Positions 59,165-64,000 of a stretch of DNA of 64,000 bases are shown here, one piece after another. The stretch comes from Phallusia mammillata. Its lineage: Eukaryota. The notes beneath the pieces are model-generated. The model was given only the letters and a program-made list of their open reading frames with translations, had not been told where the DNA came from and did not search any database. Position numbers and translations under genes: made by a program. The stretch covers positions 9,982,001 to 10,046,000 of the forward strand of contig OZ281495.1 of NCBI GenBank assembly GCA_965637545.1, given 5' to 3'. Every line of letters begins with the position of its first letter. Position 1 is the stretch's first letter.

Positions 59165-61316
59165 AATTACTTCTTAACAAACTGATAATGTAGTCCACAA
59201 AACGATTGTTGGTACAAAGCAACCACTTATAAGCAAAGTGCTCTAAAACTAACGTTTGTGTAAAAGCAAAATGTTACACAAAAGGAAAAATACAAAATGT
59301 TACACGAATGAACAAGTTATTTAATTTAAAGTATAATGTATTCCATATACAGAATTTCTCTAGCAAAATTTTTTTTAATCAAAAAGTTGCACATTTTGTA
59401 ACTTTAATAATTAAAACAGTTTAGGGCGATAATTAAACAATTTCGAAAAATTCAATTTTGTTGGCAAACATATTTGTACCACGCCTGAAACGTTAGACTA
59501 AAAACAAAGCTTAAAATTTAAATAACATGTCATATTGTCATTGTCATGTGGGAGGCACTTTTATGGCCACACGTCATAACTACGCAAATCCCTGCACTCA
59601 CAACAATGACGTAATACAGTTTTCGTTAAAATTTACAAACGAAATAGTTATCGCTAATGATAATACGTTAAAATCGGTGTCGAAAACTTTCAACGTTCAA
59701 AATTAGCTGACCTCAACAGACTCCACAAGTCCGGTTTTGCTACAATGCTTACGTACTCGTACCGCGACAAGTGATGAACAAAAAGTCCCCAACCGTTGTG
59801 AGCACAAGAAATGTAAACAAACGGTTGTCTTCACCCGCTGTAAGATAAAAATAGATCTTCAAAATACGAAGACGCTGGTACCTTTAGAAATTATTTTTTA
59901 CCTGCAACTATTATTTATGTCTTTAAAATAGCGATGCATTTTAACGCATATTTGTTATTTGCCCTAAATCGTTCTTCGTGCAAAAAAGGTTGGATTCTGT
60001 TTAGAATGCCAGTGGAAGGACTCACACAAAAAAGCGACACAGCCCGAAGTTGAAACATAACATTGGCAGAGTAATCAAGTGGAAAACAAATAAAGCATGC
60101 GATAAACCTATTTCTATAGTGTTATTAAAGTTAGTATGTGCTTCTGAGTGACGTTAACACAAAAAAGGCTCCCCAAACCAGAAAACGTGAAAAAAGTGAG
60201 TTGTTACTTTTAAACACTTTGCCTTACACTTTTCATGTCGCCTTGCTTGAAGAACCAGCACTATGGCGGTCATCAATCTTGCGATTGCACCAGGTAGTCT
60301 GTTTTAGTTCTAAAATTAGAGTGAACCGTGTCTAGGCTATTGTGCCTCCGATAAAGGGTTGCCTGATATTGTCGTCATATCAACGATGTAGGCACGTATT
60401 TGTGAATTTTATGAACCTTGTAGAACAAATTAGCATCTAATCGAGTAAATAGGTACTAATTGTCTGAGGAAAACTTTGGGCAACTATAGATGAAGGTTCT
60501 TATTGGGGTCTTGAAACACACCCAATACATATCGCAAACAATTTGTTAAAATGTGGATGCAGATTTCCCAATGGTGGTTTTCTTTGCAACCTGACAAATA
60601 GACTAATGTAAAAATCATAACGTGTAAATAATTTAATACTTTTAGAACAAAGTGGTGGGACCGGGATTAACCAACCTAATACGTAAAGCTCGGGCGTGCG
60701 GATGTAGGTTAATTAACCCTTGACGTGCAGAGTTTATCCACCAATTCTGCTCTCTATTTGCGGTCCATTACGTTTCAACTTTGCGCAGCTATTTCTGGCT
60801 CGGTGACTGTTTTAGCGCAATTGCGTCGAAAACTCAACTGAACTCAAAGTCGCGGGTTCGAATCCGGGCACGACTCGAAACAAGCATAGGACATGATCCA
60901 ACAACTGGAAAAAAGGCAACAAACAAAACCTTTCTATACCACAAATTACGACCATTAGGAATTACGTATTATCCTTCGAATAGCGCCCTGTACAATGTAC
61001 ATACAAACATGGCGTTTCAGGAGGGCAAAATAGTTGCAACATTGCGACAAAAACAGTAAAGGTTATGCAACAACGGAGCATAAAAAGCTGGCACTGGCAG
61101 GTAATACTGTAACACTTCGTACACAAAGTGTCATTACTTTATGACAGTTGCCACCAGAGCTGGGGGTCAAGTGGCAATTACTTTGTTTTGGGTGCAATAA
61201 AGGTCAGGGACAAAAATGTGAGTAATCAAATCTGGTATAAGCAGTAAATGTTGTCAAACTTGGACATCTCTGTGTTGGTTTTATACATTTTTAATCAGTC
61301 CTATCATGGTCTAAGG

Positions 61317-61446
61317 CAGGGTTTTTAGCCAGGGGTGCTGAATCGTTTGGTGTTGGTAATAACAGTTATTTCTGAAAACACAAAAGGTGTGAGAAGAAGT
61401 TCATTGCTTGAAAGGGGTGTTACTATTAAAAAGTGTTAAACTACTG
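61317..61446. mobile_element. Degenerate hAT MITE
   Basis: Ends CAGGGTTTTTAGCC...GTGTTAAACTACTG; TSD gtctaagg/gcctaagg. Confidence 0.55.
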
Positions 61447-62798
61447 GCCTAAGGGAAATATTATTGTTAAACTAAATTACATTTCTTGTGACCAACATAA
61501 CCATGGCGCATCGTAACACTAAATCTGTAAGCTGGACAGAAGTGTTAGAAAAACAGATCAACAAAACATGTGTGGCAGAGGAGGTGACATTGGAAAAACT
61601 GGTACAAAGGCAAATTGGTTATTAGAAGGCTACCTCTGCAAAGAAAGCATTGGAGCATACAGCGGGAATGAACACCAGCATTACACACCAGAAACCGACT
61701 GATAATATTGGAAGCAAAGAAAATTGTAAGCAGAAAAAGTAGGAAAAATTGCACACACAAAATTAGTAAAAAGCTAACTTCTGCAATTTGGCTTTGACTT
61801 GGGTCAAATACCGCATACAGAAACATACTATTCATAAACAGAAAAAAAATCATGCTATCATATTGGAGAATAATGTACCCCATTTACATATACTGTATTA
61901 ACACCATTACAATGGCCTAACTGTATTTATGATGATATTCAGATGCCTGCACTCGTACTTATCCATATACAGTGATTTGATGAGATTTCGGTTGTAAATA
62001 TATGGTGTGAATGTGTTGTCTATGTCAATGGCACACATAAAAATTTGGGTCTACATGGAAATTTAAATACTGATTTGATTAGGGCAGCAGTGAGACAGAG
62101 TTTGGAAAAAAATCGGCCAGGCAAAATTGGATGTTTAATAAATAAGCCACTGGGAATTTATGACTATAGCCACTGATGCTTGTTTCGATGTAACAGTATT
62201 TAGATGTAAAAACGCATTGATGGTTATTTAACCAATTCGATTATCACATACCCTAACACAAAATTTAAATTTACTGTTAAGAAAGAAATTGTAAAGGCAA
62301 ATAGTGTACAAACAAAAGAACTCATTAAAAGGGCACACAACGTTGTCATGTGATTCAGGACCACCAAAATCAAAAAGCACGAAAACAAACAAACAATTGC
62401 TCCTCTCAGCAGCGGCAAACTACAAAAATGGATGTAATGTGTTTATGTGTGGAAAATTGATAAACTAGAGAAGTTATTCCTTGACCTAGTAGTTGCTGTC
62501 ATAAGGTGATTCAAAGAGTTCAAATTTTATGCTTGACAAAATATAGGAAGTTTTGGAACCATTGTTTGGGCTTGTGCCTTTTAAATTGGGTTTTGACTGC
62601 GCAACTATAAAATATACTTTCATAGCTGATCTCAAATTTCCAGCAAAAATGTAACTTAAAAGCAAAAATTGGCTTCAAAAAACTAGCATCATTGATGTGT
62701 TTTGATTTTAAAGAAGTCTGTCTGCAAACCAAAGTCTTGTTTTTGTTTAGCCATAATCTCCACAGTGAACTTTGTTGCCATGGGGACATGTCTCTCAT

Positions 62799-63491
62799 TC
62801 ATCCATCCCCAGGTGGAGGAGTGTACCATCCGTTTTTTTCATGAATCTGAACTAGTTTGTGGAAGGATTGTTGTGCTCGCGACAAGCTATACGATGACTG
62901 TAAGACAAAAGCATTTAGTTTTCACAGCTAACACTTTTCCTGGAAATATCCACTTAATGAAAGCTATTCACTAAGTGGAGCTAATTTGATGCTGTTCGAA
63001 CCGACAGAATGGAAAAGAAACTGTCCACAACGTCTAACCACTAAGCAGATGACACTTTTTATGTACACAATGAATGGTAAAACAGATGTTGTAATGCCTA
63101 TAAATATCCATTGTTTTTACATAGTTTTATCACTCTATTGGTGTGGTTTGTAGTCGCACAGGCTTGTTATTACTGTGTTTGTTTGTTTTTTGTGTTACAG
63201 ATGATTTTGTTGCTTTCAAGAGAAAATAAGTACCATTACCCTGATGAAGGTGCTCACATAGGACGTCGAAACGTTAGTTATTTAAAATAAAACTACTGGA
63301 TGAGCAAAATTTGTTTGTGTAACACTTTTTGGCAAGGTATACTTACACTAGGAGCACTAAACTCAATTTTGGCTTTGCCTTTAACAAGTGTTGCCATGAT
63401 TTGCATAATAAGGGACTCGATGGAATAAGCACTGCTCCATCCCTGCTTGGTTAACAGTTCCATACAGATAGCTCCCCCAGCAAGCACAAAC
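62799..63491 (-). CDS. UBE2Q: Ubiquitin-conjugating enzyme E2 Q, last two coding exons (gene continues beyond the window)
   Basis: Exons 63347-63491 ([44 protein letters not shown]) and 62799-62897 ([32 protein letters not shown]), both diagnostic of the UBE2Q C-terminus. Confidence 0.96.
63238..63300 (+). ncRNA. Penelope-type minimal type-I hammerhead (family A), best-preserved copy
   Basis: ACC-CTGATGA-AG-GTGCTC acat AGGACGTC-GAAA-C-GTT-AGT plus tail AATAAAACTACTGGA; intact CUGAUGA and GAAA; antisense in the last UBE2Q intron. Confidence 0.65.
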
Positions 63492-63534
63492 CTACAACAG
63501 AAAGTAGTAAAACTTAAAAAGAGGAATAATATTA

Positions 63535-63586
63535 AGCTGCAGACAATGTACACTGTTTCGTTCTATAAGGTCTCATCAGTGCAGCT
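63535..63586 (-). ncRNA. Type-I hammerhead ribozyme, sense to the UBE2Q pre-mRNA
   Basis: AGCUGCA-CUGAUGA-G-ACCUUAUAGAA-C-GAAA-CAGUG-UA-CAUU-GUC-UGCAGCU. Stem I is 7 perfect bp, stem III is 6 bp, the core is intact and the GUC site lies at 63544-63542. Stem II is reduced to the G10.1-C11.1 pair plus a weak C-G/U-A. Confidence 0.8.
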
Positions 63587-63694
63587 GGTGATGAGAGATC
63601 GAGCGTATGAGCTAATGTAGCCCCTTATGGCAATCCAGTTTGTTGGGAGAATCAAGTTAAAAAGCCATACCCTCACCAACCTGTTCAATGCCAA

Positions 63695-63753
63695 AAGTTG
63701 CACTGATGAGAACCTGCCTTGTAGGTCGAAACAGTGTGCACATTCTGCAGCTT
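63695..63753 (+). ncRNA. Type-I hammerhead ribozyme, opposite polarity
   Basis: AAGUUGCA-CUGAUGA-G-A-ACCUGC-CUU-GUAGGU-C-GAAA-CAGUGUGCACA-UUC-UGCAGCUU. Stem I is 8 bp, stem II is 7 bp and the core is intact. Stem III is damaged (palindrome UGUGCACA, 2 nt shorter than consensus). Confidence 0.75.
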
Positions 63754-64000
63754 ACAATGCATTGACTCCATGCTTTTATAAAAGAATAATATTACACATA
63801 AATCCAGTAAACTGCATAAATTGTTTAATTATGTAGAGATTGTAAATCCTAAGTGTAAAAAATGTCCAGACTCCAGATACTTGCACAATCTGGTTAAATT
63901 CATAAAATAGCTTGAAAATTTGGTGAAACATTAACCAGATTTTTGTGTTTTTGTTAGACTTTTAACATCACATAAAAGTAAATTTACATATATATTCCAG

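Larger units (their letters stand above)
63533..63754. mobile_element. Family-B element: ~222 bp with ~55-60 bp TIRs, each TIR a type-I hammerhead pointing outward
   Basis: Termini TAAGCTGCAG...CTGCAGCTTA; a hammerhead on each strand (next two features); homologues at 46866, 34203 and 19591. Confidence 0.85.

Noticed and set aside
61545-62798. Hydrophobic minus-strand ORFs downstream of the UBE2Q stop
   Set aside because: Low-complexity Phe/Leu-rich translations typical of AT-rich 3' UTR; no splice structure or domain.

Overview
This is AT-rich metazoan genomic DNA. A tunicate/ascidian-like genome is my inference from compact introns and chordate-type gene structures, and it is not verified. 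I assembled five spliced protein-coding models by hand, all on the minus strand: (1) a complete class-6-like semaphorin (293-21297, 20 coding exons, ~1265 aa); (2) a 5'-open gene encoding a low-complexity protein with one unassigned folded region and a C-terminal CCHC zinc knuckle (31816-38524); (3) a B-box / coiled-coil / extended-Tudor gene reminiscent of RNF17/Qin (40851-47503), which may be the 5' half of gene 2; (4) a complete PACSIN/syndapin (50197-59164); (5) the last two exons of UBE2Q (62799-63491). The window also holds one tRNA-Asp(GTC), one tRNA-like/SINE head and 14 non-autonomous hAT-type elements with 8-bp TSDs. The most unusual signal is a repeat family whose long terminal inverted repeats each contain a type-I hammerhead ribozyme, so the element carries a ribozyme in both polarities. 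The best copy is at 63533-63754 in a UBE2Q intron, with decayed copies at 46866-47223, 34203-34339 and 19591-19622. A second family of Penelope-type minimal hammerheads is also present. Three introns need GC donors. All models and folds were derived by eye, with no database searches or folding software.
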